Numbered from the stretch's first letter, positions 28,020 through 37,720 are shown. The stretch is 37,837 nucleotides of DNA from an uncultured Akkermansia sp. (GCA_964517305.1 CAZFCR010000001.1:1-37837); one strand, 5' to 3'. Numbers and translations are program-made. Notes: generated by a model from the sequence alone, not told the origin.

Positions 28020-29930
28020 TTACATCTCATCCTGTATCTCGAGCCAGCGCATCGATTTTTCATCCAGCGCATCTTTAATCGACTGAAGTTCGGTGCTGAG
28101 TTTCTGTATTTCGTTGTAGTCGGTGATCCCGCTCGCAAGTTGTCCTTCAATGCGCAGTTTTTTTTCCTCAAGCATGGGAATTTCTTTTTCAAGTTCTTCC
28201 AGCTCACGCTGCACCTTAAAGGATAATTTTTTAAGCGATTTTGCCGGTGCTGCTGCTGCAGATTTTTCTTCGGCAGGCGCGGATGGGCTTTCAACAGCCG
28301 TTTCAGCAACAGCAGATGGTTTAATCAGGGGTTGTTCCTGTTTCCAGATCCGGTAATCGGTGTAAGTGCCCGGAAAATCTTTGATCTCGCCGTCACCTTC
28401 AAAAGCAAATACATGATCAACGAGGCGGTCCATAAAATACCGGTCGTGACTTACAATCAGCACGCAGCCTTTAAACTCATCGAGAAATTCTTCCAGTGTT
28501 TGTAACGTCACAATGTCAAGATCATTGGTAGGCTCATCGAGGATAAGAAAATTAGGATTCTTAACGAGGATGGTCAGCAGATACAGACGTCGTTTTTCAC
28601 CGCCGCTTAATTTGCTTACAAAGCTGTATTGCACATCAGGAGGAAAGTTAAAACGAGTAAGCAACTGACTGGCGGATAAACTGCTGCCGTTGGCCAATGG
28701 AATAAATTCGGCAATGTCTTTTACAACTTCAAGTACACGTTTGTCGTTGTTAAGTTGAATGCCGCCCTGTGAATAATGCCCAAATACAACAGTGTCGCCG
28801 GTTTGCACTTTTCCGGTGTCGGGTTGCAGTTCGCCGAGAATGATCTTTAATAAGGTAGATTTTCCAACGCCGTTTTTTCCAACGATACCTATTTTTTCAC
28901 CACTGATAAACGTGTAGGTAAAAGGATTGAGGATGGTTTTGGCGCCAAATTTTTTGCTCACCCTGTTCAGCTCAACGATCTTGGATCCCAGCCTTTCCAT
29001 CTTTACGCTGAGTTCAATTTTTTTATCTGTTTTTTTCTGACGGGCTTTCTGTTCAATTTCACTAAAAGCATCAACCCGGTATTTGGCTTTGGTGCCACGC
29101 GCCTTAGGCATTTTACGCACCCATTCAAGTTCGCGTTTGTATAAATTGCGGGCTTTATCAATTTCAGCGCTTTTGATCATTTCGCGCTCCGCTTTTTTGG
29201 TGAGGTAGTATTCAAAATCACCTTTGTATTCAAAAAGATCGCCGTTATCAAGCTCAATAATGCTGTCACACACTTCATCAAGAAAGTATCTGTCGTGTGT
29301 TACCAGCAGCAGGCTCAGTTCAGAACTTTGCAGGTAACGTTCAAGCCATTCAATCATGTCAATGTCCAGGTGATTGGTTGGCTCATCCATGATCACGAGA
29401 TCGGGTTTGTTGATGAGTACAAGTGCAAGGGCCACGCGTTTTTTCTGACCACCGCTCAAACTTGCTGCCGGCTGATCAAGGTTGCTGATTTCAAGACGGG
29501 AAAGAATCTCTTTCAGATTATTTTCATATTCCCAGGCATTCAGTTCCGTCATCTGGTGCAGGGCTTCATCGTAACGCTGCATGTTTTTAGGTGTCGGATT
29601 TTTTTCAGATTCAGCGAGCGCCTCGTCGTAAGCATTGATACACTTAACAAATTTATTATCGGCCGAGGTTAAGATCTGGGAAATTGTAAGGGATTCATCG
29701 AGGTTAAAGTTCTGGTCAAGAAAAGCCACATTGATGCCTTTGCGGAACACTGCCTCACCACTGTCAGGGATTTCAACACCTTTCAGAATTTTGAACAGCG
29801 TGGTTTTGCCTGAGCCGTTTTTGGCCACGAGCGCCACTTTATCACCGTGGCTGATGCCAAAGCTGATGTTTTTAAAAAGGGTTTTATTGCCGTAAGACTT
29901 GGATAAATTGTTAACAGAGAGCAAATTCAT
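28020..29930 (-). CDS. ABC-F family ATPase (Uup/YfmR-like)
   Basis: Two ABC domains (DEPTNHLD, DEPTNDLD), no TM segments, linker ARGTK, C-terminal coiled coil KKLSFK..RWLE. Confidence 0.92.
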   Translation of the reverse strand: MNLLSVNNLSKSYGNKTLFKNISFGISHGDKVALVAKNGSGKTTLFKILKGVEIPDSGEAVFRKGINVAFLDQNFNLDESLTISQILTSADNKFVKCINAYDEALAESEKNPTPKNMQRYDEALHQMTELNAWEYENNLKEILSRLEISNLDQPAASLSGGQKKRVALALVLINKPDLVIMDEPTNHLDIDMIEWLERYLQSSELSLLLVTHDRYFLDEVCDSIIELDNGDLFEYKGDFEYYLTKKAEREMIKSAEIDKARNLYKRELEWVRKMPKARGTKAKYRVDAFSEIEQKARQKKTDKKIELSVKMERLGSKIVELNRVSKKFGAKTILNPFTYTFISGEKIGIVGKNGVGKSTLLKIILGELQPDTGKVQTGDTVVFGHYSQGGIQLNNDKRVLEVVKDIAEFIPLANGSSLSASQLLTRFNFPPDVQYSFVSKLSGGEKRRLYLLTILVKNPNFLILDEPTNDLDIVTLQTLEEFLDEFKGCVLIVSHDRYFMDRLVDHVFAFEGDGEIKDFPGTYTDYRIWKQEQPLIKPSAVAETAVESPSAPAEEKSAAAAPAKSLKKLSFKVQRELEELEKEIPMLEEKKLRIEGQLASGITDYNEIQKLSTELQSIKDALDEKSMRWLEIQDEM

Positions 29931-29934
29931 GCGG

Positions 29935-29942
29935 CAAAGGTA
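29935..29942 (-). promoter_or_regulatory. -7 promoter element of the ABC-F gene (leaderless-type spacing)
   Basis: TACCTTTG then ccgc then ATG. Confidence 0.6.
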
Positions 29943-30041
29943 CGCATTCGTTGCGTTTTGGCTGAATAAAAGAAAAAGGAAGAGTCAGACGCGTTGAATC
30001 CGCTAAGGACGACGGGCGTTCAACAGTTCGGGATAAAAAAT

Positions 30042-30503
30042 TTAATTGAGTTTACCGTAGTCTTTTACGCTGGCCACGGCGCCGTTCTCATCCCAGCTGG
30101 TCCAGGTACCGGTTTTTTCTCCGTTCTCGTAATTCATCTCAAAACGTTTCTTGCCTTTATCATCATAAACCAGCCAGGTTCCCGATTTTTTTCCCAGTTT
30201 GTAAAACGCAATGGCTTCAATGTTTCCGGTTTCACTGTACCTGGTCCATTTGTCGTTTTTCTGGCCTTTTACAAAAGATCCGGTTTCCATTAACTGACCT
30301 GAGGCATAATAATATTTGACTTCTCCTTCCACCATACCCTCGCGCACTTCAAATTCTGAGATCCTGAGCTCAGTTCGTGTGGTCATCTTTCCTGTGAACA
30401 GATTTCCCTCGCCATCCGTATAAAGTCCTTCGTTGTTTTTTGTCTGTGCGTTCAGGCAGCTCATGCTTGCCAGGAGAAGCGCGGTGATCAGCATATTTTT
30501 CAT
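30042..30503 (-). CDS. Secreted MORN-variant repeat protein (YwqK-like annotation)
   Basis: Signal peptide ..LNA|Q; repeated G.W..Y...G units; TATCTTTG -7 element at 30552-30545. Confidence 0.8.
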   Translation of the reverse strand: MKNMLITALLLASMSCLNAQTKNNEGLYTDGEGNLFTGKMTTRTELRISEFEVREGMVEGEVKYYYASGQLMETGSFVKGQKNDKWTRYSETGNIEAIAFYKLGKKSGTWLVYDDKGKKRFEMNYENGEKTGTWTSWDENGAVASVKDYGKLN

Positions 30504-30627
30504 GGTGCGGGGGTTTAAATGACAGAGGAAAAATTTCCTTTAATCAAAGATATTGAGATAATGCACCGGAAACAATGGGGTAATAAAAACTTAACCTAAA
30601 ATTTACTTTTGAGGTCTGGCAGCCGGT

Positions 30628-30945
30628 TCAAAGTTCCTCTAAACTCAGCTGAGAGAAGGCGCTGAGCTCGGTTGATTTGTATTGAGCGGGAACATAGCCG
30701 ATGGTATTCACCTGGATAGAGTAGGTTTTATCTGATTTTACTGTTAATTGAAAACGACCTTCGAGATCGGCATAAAATGTTTCTCCCGTTTCGATCACAC
30801 AAATTTTAGCGCCCGCAACATTTTGTCCGGACTGATCTGTTACACGGCCTGCTATCACTTTGGCGGCCTTTTTTTCTTTGTCTGAATTACCGGCCTGGTG
30901 CGACAAGCTGAGGAGAAAAAAAGATAAGAGGAGAAGCCTTTTCAT
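30628..30945 (-). CDS. Small secreted stand-alone carboxypeptidase-regulatory-like domain protein
   Basis: Signal peptide; IAGRVTDQSGQNVAGAKI..ADLEGRF..IGY. Confidence 0.78.
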   Translation of the reverse strand: MKRLLLLSFFLLSLSHQAGNSDKEKKAAKVIAGRVTDQSGQNVAGAKICVIETGETFYADLEGRFQLTVKSDKTYSIQVNTIGYVPAQYKSTELSAFSQLSLEEL

Positions 30946-30950
30946 GGAGG

Positions 30951-31006
30951 TAAAGTTAGTGCCGGGTTAACAAGCCGTGTTTACCCGAATATTATCAAAT
31001 TGTTAA
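30951..31006 (-). promoter_or_regulatory. Promoter of the 105-aa gene with triple Pho-box-like repeat
   Basis: TTAACA (31006-31001), ATAATA (30995-30990), GTAAAC (30984-30979) with 11-bp period; TAACTTTA 30958-30951 after 20 nt. Confidence 0.55.
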
Positions 31007-31030
31007 GCAGACGGCCTTCGTAAATTCCTT

Positions 31031-31038
31031 TATCTTTG
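31031..31038 (+). promoter_or_regulatory. -7 promoter element of trmD (leaderless-type spacing)
   Basis: TATCTTTG then gcc then ATG 31042. Confidence 0.6.
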
Positions 31039-31041
31039 GCC

Positions 31042-31716
31042 ATGCGAATAGATATCATCAGTGCTGTTCCCGAACTTCTGGGCAGCGCTTTCAGCCACTC
31101 CATTATGAAAAGGGCCATCGCGAAAGGCCTGGCAGAAATAAACACCGTTAATCTTCGGGATTACGCAACCAATAAACAAAAACAGATAGACGATTACGCT
31201 TTTGGCGGAGGGGCGGGCATGGTACTCATGATAGAGCCTATCGCGGCCTGTATCAACCATCTGAAGTCACAAAGAAATTACGATGAGGTGATCTACATGT
31301 CGCCCGACGGCGATGTTCTCAGCCAGAGGATCAGCAACGAAATGTCGCTTTTAAAAAACATCATCATCCTTTGCGGTCATTACAAGGGGGTGGATGAAAG
31401 GGTGCGCGAGCATTTTATCACCCGTGAGATCAGCATTGGGGATTATGTTCTCAGTGGCGGTGAATTGCCTGCGGCCGTGCTGAGTGATTCTATTATCCGG
31501 TTATTGCCGGGGGTTTTAAATGACGAGACTTCTGCCCTCAGCGATTCATTTCAGGATGATTTACTGGCTCCTCCGGTGTATACGCGTCCCGCTGAATTCA
31601 ACGGCTGGGCTGTACCCCCGATCCTTTTAAGCGGGCATCTTTCCAATATCGAGAAATGGCGCCACGAAAGGAGCATCGAAAGGACCAGATTAAGACGCCC
31701 GGGCCTTTTAAAATAG
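31042..31716 (+). CDS. trmD: tRNA (guanine37-N1)-methyltransferase
   Basis: Start [41 protein letters not shown]. Confidence 0.97.
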   Translation: MRIDIISAVPELLGSAFSHSIMKRAIAKGLAEINTVNLRDYATNKQKQIDDYAFGGGAGMVLMIEPIAACINHLKSQRNYDEVIYMSPDGDVLSQRISNEMSLLKNIIILCGHYKGVDERVREHFITREISIGDYVLSGGELPAAVLSDSIIRLLPGVLNDETSALSDSFQDDLLAPPVYTRPAEFNGWAVPPILLSGHLSNIEKWRHERSIERTRLRRPGLLK

Positions 31717-31786
31717 GCATTTTTTTGTTAAAAACTATGGGCTTGATTACAACAAAAAAGATGTTTATTTGCTAAAATTTTTTCCT

Positions 31787-32890
31787 ATGATCATTGGTGT
31801 TGCCAAAGAGACCAAACTTAAAGAGAACCGCGTTGCCCTTAACCCCGATGTGGTGAAAGACCTGATTAAAAAAGGTTTTGAAGTTCAGATCGAATCGGGA
31901 GCAGGGTTAAATTCTTTTTATAACGATGACGCTTATCAGAATGCCGGAGCCGCAGTGGTTTCAAGAGCAGATCTTTATGCCAAGTCAGACGTATTACTGA
32001 GAGTAAATCCTCCTTCGGAAGAAGAAATAACCCTGATGAAGAAAGGAGCAGTGCTCATTTCATTTATGTGGGCTTTGAGCAACCCCGCGCTTGTGGATGC
32101 TTGTGCCAAAGCGGGTATCTCTGCATTCAGCATGGACGCGGTGCCGCGTATTTCAAGGGCCCAGAAAATGGATGCGTTATCATCGCAGGCTAATCTGGGT
32201 GGATACAAGGCCGTATTGCTCGCTGCCGACACAATAGGAAAAATATTACCAATGATGACAACAGCCGCGGGAACGATCAAACCCTGCAAGGTGGTGATCT
32301 TTGGTGCCGGTGTGGCCGGTCTGCAGGCCATCGCCACCGCCAAACGTCTGGGAGCCGTGGTGGAGGTGAGCGACATCCGTCCTGAAACCAAAGAACAGGT
32401 TTTATCGCTTGGCGGCAAATTTATTGAAGTGGCCGGCGATGCTTCTATCAAAATGGAAGGCGGTTATGTAAAAGGTGTGAGCGACGAATTTCTGAAAAAA
32501 CAACAGGAGCTGGTTTCAAAACACGTTAAAGAAGCTGATATCGTGATTACCACAGCCTTGATCCCCGGCCGCAAAGCGCCGGTGCTGGTAACCGATGACA
32601 TGGTAAAAAGCATGCGTTTTGGATCGGTGATCGTGGATATGGCAGTTGAACAGGGCGGCAACGTGGTGGGCAGCGAACTCAATAAAAACGTAGTGAAACA
32701 TGGCGTTACCATTATCGGCGAAGGCAACATTCCTTCTCTTCTGCCAATGAACGCCAGCGACCTTTACGCAAAAAACATTCAGACCTTATTGTATCACCTT
32801 GCCGATAAAGACGGGTTTAAATGGGATCTTTCGGAAGAGATCACAAAGGGCAGTCTTATCGTTCACAACGGTAACAAAATGATCGCTTAA
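31787..32890 (+). CDS. pntA: NAD(P) transhydrogenase subunit alpha part 1 (soluble domain I)
   Basis: Start MIIGVAKE; PRISRAQKMDALSSQAN, GAGVAGL, TTALIPGR. Confidence 0.95.
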   Translation: MIIGVAKETKLKENRVALNPDVVKDLIKKGFEVQIESGAGLNSFYNDDAYQNAGAAVVSRADLYAKSDVLLRVNPPSEEEITLMKKGAVLISFMWALSNPALVDACAKAGISAFSMDAVPRISRAQKMDALSSQANLGGYKAVLLAADTIGKILPMMTTAAGTIKPCKVVIFGAGVAGLQAIATAKRLGAVVEVSDIRPETKEQVLSLGGKFIEVAGDASIKMEGGYVKGVSDEFLKKQQELVSKHVKEADIVITTALIPGRKAPVLVTDDMVKSMRFGSVIVDMAVEQGGNVVGSELNKNVVKHGVTIIGEGNIPSLLPMNASDLYAKNIQTLLYHLADKDGFKWDLSEEITKGSLIVHNGNKMIA

Positions 32891-32910
32891 TCAAATCTTA
32901 ATAAAACAAC

Positions 32911-33225
32911 ATGGAAACCATCAGAGGAATTTTTGATCTGTTCACCGCGCACCGCGAGATGATCTATTTTATTGTATTGTCAGTTTTTGTTGGCATCGAA
33001 GTGATCGGTGGCGTACCTACCGTACTCCACACGCCACTAATGAGCGGTGCCAACGCCATTCATGGGGTTGTGATTGTAGGTGCCATTTACGTGCTACTGA
33101 ATGTCGATCCCTCCGATTACCTTTCTCTGGCGCTTGGATTCCTTGCTGTGTTGCTGGGAACGCTGAACGTAGTAGGTGGTTTTGTTGTAACCGACAGGAT
33201 GCTCGAAATGTTCAAGAAAAAATAA
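32911..33225 (+). CDS. pntAB: NAD(P) transhydrogenase subunit alpha part 2 (membrane)
   Basis: LHTPLMSGANAIHG and NVVGGFVVTDRMLEMF. Confidence 0.95.
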   Translation: METIRGIFDLFTAHREMIYFIVLSVFVGIEVIGGVPTVLHTPLMSGANAIHGVVIVGAIYVLLNVDPSDYLSLALGFLAVLLGTLNVVGGFVVTDRMLEMFKKK

Positions 33226-33277
33226 TACAGATCTCAGACTTTAAAAAAATAAACGCTGCGCGTTCAATACATTTAAC

Positions 33278-34711
33278 ATGAAAAATTCTTTACTCGAAAT
33301 CTGTTACCTCATTGGTTCGGTTACCTTTATTCTGGGCCTTAAAATGATGGGCAATGCCAAAACCGCACGCAAGGGCAACCTGATTGGCGCAGTGGGAATG
33401 ACCATCGCCATTCTGGGCACCATCGTATTATTTCAGAAACGCGATAACGGCGTTGTAGACATCAATTACCAGGTTCCGGTTGTGATTTACGCGCTTATTT
33501 TCGGCGCCATTGCTTTGGGTACTGTTATTGGCTGGCTCACTGCCAAAAAAGTGCAGATGACCAAAATGCCTGAACTGGTGAGTATGTTCAATGGCATGGG
33601 TGGCGCCTGCGCGGCCCTCATCTCTCTCATTGAATTAAATCATTTTTATCACCAGGCCCACACTCCGCTTGAATCGCAGTATGGGATGATGACCGCCATC
33701 ATCGCAGGGCTCATAATTGGCTCCGTGTCTTTCAGTGGAAGTATTATCGCTTACCTTAAACTCAACGGCACCATGAACAAACCGCTGCGTTTACCAAGTT
33801 ATAACATCATTAACCTGCTGGTGATGCTGGGCACGCTCGCGTTCGGCGCTTACATCGTGGTATCAGGCGGCAACATGATGCTTGCTTATCTGTTGTTTGC
33901 CGCCGCGCTTCTGTACGGCGTTCTTTTTACAGTGCCAATCGGTGGTGCCGACATGCCGGTTGTGATTTCCCTCTTAAACTCGTTTACCGGTCTGGCTGCT
34001 GCTTTTGGCGGATTTCTCTATGATAACAAAGTGATGCTCACCGGCGGTATTCTTGTGGGAAGCGCAGGAACCTTACTTACCGTGATCATGTGTAAAGCCA
34101 TGAACCGTTCCCTCTCAAGTGTGATCTTCGGCGCTTTTGGTGGCGGTGCAGCCGCCGCTGCGGGCGACAGCGAAAAGGGCTCGATCAAGGATATTTCAAC
34201 AACAGACCTTGCGGTATTGATGAACTATTCTAAAAAAGTAGTGATCGTTCCGGGTTACGGTCTGGCCGTGGCCCAGGCACAGCACATCATCAAAGAACTT
34301 GAGGATCTTCTCGAAGAAAGAGGTGTGGAAGTGAAGTACGCCATTCACCCCGTTGCAGGAAGGATGCCTGGACACATGAACGTATTGCTGGCCGAGAGTA
34401 ATGTAAGTTACGACAAGCTGGTTGAGATGGACGAGATCAATCCTGAGTTTGACCAGACAGATGTGGTGCTGGTGGTGGGCGCCAACGACGTGGTGAATCC
34501 TGCCGCAAAATCGGATCCTTCTTCACCGATCTATGGCATGCCAATTCTTGAGGTTGACCGCGCAAAACACGTGATCGTGAACAAACGCAGTATGAACGCG
34601 GGTTATGCGGGCATCGACAACCTGCTGTTTTATGATCAGAAGTGTTCTATGTTTTTCGGGGATGCTAAAAAAGCCCTCGTTGAACTGGTAGCTGAGATCA
34701 AAACCATGTAA
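33278..34711 (+). CDS. pntB: NAD(P) transhydrogenase subunit beta
   Basis: MPELV, IGGADMPVVISLLNS, PGYGLAVAQAQH, HPVAGRMPGHMNVLLAE. Confidence 0.97.
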   Translation: MKNSLLEICYLIGSVTFILGLKMMGNAKTARKGNLIGAVGMTIAILGTIVLFQKRDNGVVDINYQVPVVIYALIFGAIALGTVIGWLTAKKVQMTKMPELVSMFNGMGGACAALISLIELNHFYHQAHTPLESQYGMMTAIIAGLIIGSVSFSGSIIAYLKLNGTMNKPLRLPSYNIINLLVMLGTLAFGAYIVVSGGNMMLAYLLFAAALLYGVLFTVPIGGADMPVVISLLNSFTGLAAAFGGFLYDNKVMLTGGILVGSAGTLLTVIMCKAMNRSLSSVIFGAFGGGAAAAAGDSEKGSIKDISTTDLAVLMNYSKKVVIVPGYGLAVAQAQHIIKELEDLLEERGVEVKYAIHPVAGRMPGHMNVLLAESNVSYDKLVEMDEINPEFDQTDVVLVVGANDVVNPAAKSDPSSPIYGMPILEVDRAKHVIVNKRSMNAGYAGIDNLLFYDQKCSMFFGDAKKALVELVAEIKTM

Positions 34712-36777
34712 TCAGAATTTCTCAAGGTACTCTTTGATATCGTCCTCCCGCTGCTCGCGCAGTTTACGAAACATCCTTACTGCGTTGGCAGAACGAAGTT
34801 TGTAGCGCCTGAAATCTTCGCTGAGATAAACTGTTCCTAGTTTAGAGTCGTAGCTGAGCATGGTGAGTTGTTTGTAATTGGCAGTCAGTGATAAAGAAGT
34901 GATCCAGCCGGGGGGGCCCATAAAAAGATAAAAAACTTTCAGTTTCTGAGTCGACCGGTTGGTATACCTGGTGTACGCAGCAAGTGTGATGGCCTTGATA
35001 CGATTGCTGTTAAAAAACTCCCATAAATCCGGACTTAACCTGAAAATATCCGTTTTGCCCACGTAATCTTCATCTTCCAGTTCTTTATAATAGTGTACAA
35101 CTTCGTACCCTTCGTTTTCATCACGCTTGCCGTAGAGACTGGTGTTAATCACATTCTGGTATTTGTATAGCGTGTTAAAATTCTGGGTGGCAGCGAGGGG
35201 CATTGAGATAGTTTTTGTGTCGCTAAATTTATTGGCGAAGCCTGTTGCAAACAGATTCGCCATTTCTTTGCCGGCTATTTCTGTTTTTTTGAAATAGAAC
35301 CCATTCTTACCGAGGTTATCTATGCTCAGAAAGTTGATTTGGGGGATCATCACTATTTCGCCGGTATGTTGCGAAACTGCTTCAGTGAGTGTGTTATTAA
35401 GATAATGTTTCGCGTATTCTTTGTGTTCGGCGCTTGCCAGGGCAAGATATTTATCCACATTGGTTTTTCTTTTGCCGGGATTGTTCTCGAATAAAGCGCG
35501 CATCAGATGAACTTCACCATAGTTCCTTGCTTCCAGTTTTTTTGTAAAAAATTCAAACGCTTCGCGGTAGGTTTCGAACCCTGGGCTTTTGGAAAGCAAT
35601 TCAGTTGCTTTGATGCGCTGATATGTTTCCTGGTTGGGGACGAGGTAACGCAGGTCGTGCAAAATCCCTTCACCTTCTTTAAAACCTTCGTTAGTTAACG
35701 TCTCTGCGAGAAATCCCTTTTTCCTCAGCCTGAAATCGAGCAGGCAAAGTCGCCGCACAGATTCTGCAGTATAATAGGAGTAGGTGAGTTCAGCCGGATG
35801 GAACAGGTGATAGGTAAAAGCGCGTTCGAGGCATTCCCTGTAGTTGTTTCTGTCAAATACAAGTGAAACTGATTCAAGACGGGCCTGATTCTGCAGGGCT
35901 TTAAAAAGGTCTTCGTCCATTTTAAATTTCTGCTTTTTGGTTTGCGGATTTGACTTGATGTATAAATCCAGACTTTCTTTTCTTTCTTTCAGATCGGGAT
36001 GGGAGTTCATCATTTTTTCAAGCGTGTTCACTTTCACTTTTCCGATCCGGGTATTGATCGTAAGCGTGTCGGTATTGGCAAGTGAACTTTTCAGGCGTTT
36101 GCCCCTGTATTCTGCTTCGCGGGCAATCAGTTCAAAAGTGGTACCGGCTTCGGCAACGTCATATCCCGCGTTTCTTACAATGTCAAAACCAAGTTTATCG
36201 GCTTCAAGTTCGTTTTCCTGGCTAAATCCTGAAGTGGTGATGGTTTCTTTCAGCCAGTTTTTTTCAGTTATTTTTTTTGGCTTTTTTCTTTTTTTGAATT
36301 GCGCAAGTGCATGGTTTTTGATAAAGTGCGACAGTTCGTGTGCCATCACTGCCGCAAGTGCCGCTTCACTTTTAATTTCGGCAAGCAGACCCGCATTTAC
36401 GATCATCGTCCCGTCATAAAGACAAAAAGCATTGATATCGCTGCTCCGGCCAACGTAGGCTTGTATATTTTTGGCGGCGAGGTTGGCAGGCATAATAGAA
36501 TCGAGCACCTGATTCAGATAGTTTTCCATCGCTGTCCAGCTGAGGTATACTTCTCCCTCCGTAAATACCCTGGCCTTCGAAAAAGTAGCAGCAACGGTAA
36601 ATGGTTCGAGTTGTTTTTTCGGGATTTTTTTCTTGAGTTTTTTCTGGTATTTCTCCTGTTCTTTCAACGGGTTAAAAATATATTTATCGTTTACTTTTTC
36701 AGGAAAAGGAATTGGCTTGTAAATTTGGGCCTCACCATGAAAGGCGCATATAACACAAAGTATAAACAGTTTTTCAT
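34712..36777 (-). CDS. M48-family zinc metallopeptidase, secreted; natural start frameshifted in an A5 run (intact ORF 34712-36667 from TTG)
   Basis: INAF, AAVMAHELSH, ENELEAD and SHP motifs; the open frame extends upstream through a signal peptide (KLFILCVICAFHGEA|Q) whose ATG at 36777 is 1 nt out of frame. Confidence 0.8.
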
Positions 36778-36784
36778 CGCACCT

Positions 36785-37720
36785 TTATTTATTAAGAATA
36801 AAAACCAGACCGGCTACCGACACAAGTGTTGAAACAACGCTTACCACCAGCCTCGGAGTTGAATTGGACTTTTGCCTCGAAGTGGCAAGGGTTGCGCCTG
36901 TTTCTGCCGAGTAAAGGCAACCACCGGTAAAAAGCATGATCTGAGGATCCTGAATTTTAACCGCATGTTCAATATCTTCAGGAAAAACCACCACCGGCTT
37001 TTTTTTATTGATAAAGTCATCGGTAATGTACTCCATCGGTTTTTGCTTTGTGTTTTTCTTTTTCTTTTTTGTTTTCTTTTTTATTGTGCGCTGCACTTGT
37101 TCTTTCACAAGCAGCGTTGTTTTGGCGGCAATTTCATCGCGCGCCACAAAATAGGTGATGCCCCCCTTTTTTTTATATTTTAATTTTCTGCTAAAGTTGT
37201 TTTCATCCTGGCAGAAGCGGATATCGTGGTCGAAATTTTTTATCATCAGCAAAAAATAGCCGTTCGAAGCTTTGTAACGCCTGTCGAAGAGTGCGTTCGC
37301 GGAGAAATGAAGATAGGCCGGTTTTTTTGTTGATGAATTGCTGTAGAGAAGCGCTACAGGGTCACTACAGAGGTAAAAACCGCTGTAAAGGGGTGCCACC
37401 GAGGTGGGGATGTTGAGATAATTGATGTGGTTGTGAAAAAGATAAAGCTGATTCCTGTCGAAATTATTGTTCTTGAATTTATCGATGAATTCGAGTTGCG
37501 ACATGTATTTCACCGGACCAATGTGCCAGTTCTTTTTTACTGCGTCAACCAGCGCAGCATCTCCTTCGTTTTTCTCGTTTTCGATCACCACCACCAGCGT
37601 TGCTGTTCGGGCCTGTTCACCGAGTTGTCTGGATTTTGATTTTTTTTGATAGACTGAAGGCAGCTGCGCAAGAGTATTAAAGGCTGTGCCGAGCATTAGA
37701 AACAGAAAAAGAATTCTCAT
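36785..37720 (-). CDS. Hypothetical exported protein with poly-Lys segment and C-terminal TM anchor
   Basis: 311-aa ORF; signal peptide ..TLA|Q; KKKTKKKKKNTKQK; hydrophobic C-terminal LVVSVVSTLVSVAGLVFIL. Confidence 0.75.
   Translation of the reverse strand: MRILFLFLMLGTAFNTLAQLPSVYQKKSKSRQLGEQARTATLVVVIENEKNEGDAALVDAVKKNWHIGPVKYMSQLEFIDKFKNNNFDRNQLYLFHNHINYLNIPTSVAPLYSGFYLCSDPVALLYSNSSTKKPAYLHFSANALFDRRYKASNGYFLLMIKNFDHDIRFCQDENNFSRKLKYKKKGGITYFVARDEIAAKTTLLVKEQVQRTIKKKTKKKKKNTKQKPMEYITDDFINKKKPVVVFPEDIEHAVKIQDPQIMLFTGGCLYSAETGATLATSRQKSNSTPRLVVSVVSTLVSVAGLVFILNK

Noticed and set aside
29985..30030. Imperfect inverted repeat GTTGAA...TTCAAC after the MORN gene
   Set aside because: Weak interrupted stem; insufficient support for a terminator or ncRNA
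30042..30503. Toxin-antitoxin interpretation of the YwqK-like protein
   Set aside because: It has a signal peptide, no toxin is adjacent, and the label reflects only MORN-like repeats
31787..34711. Transhydrogenase alpha subunit split into two genes
   Set aside because: Known three-gene architecture (e.g. Rhodospirillum rubrum, Thermus), not a lesion
488..37649. Many 60-190 aa ORFs antisense to or overlapping the main genes (e.g. 5247-5744, 8019-8558, 10613-11173, 31975-32451, 36299-36832)
   Set aside because: Shadow ORFs of real genes with no recognisable motifs or own promoters
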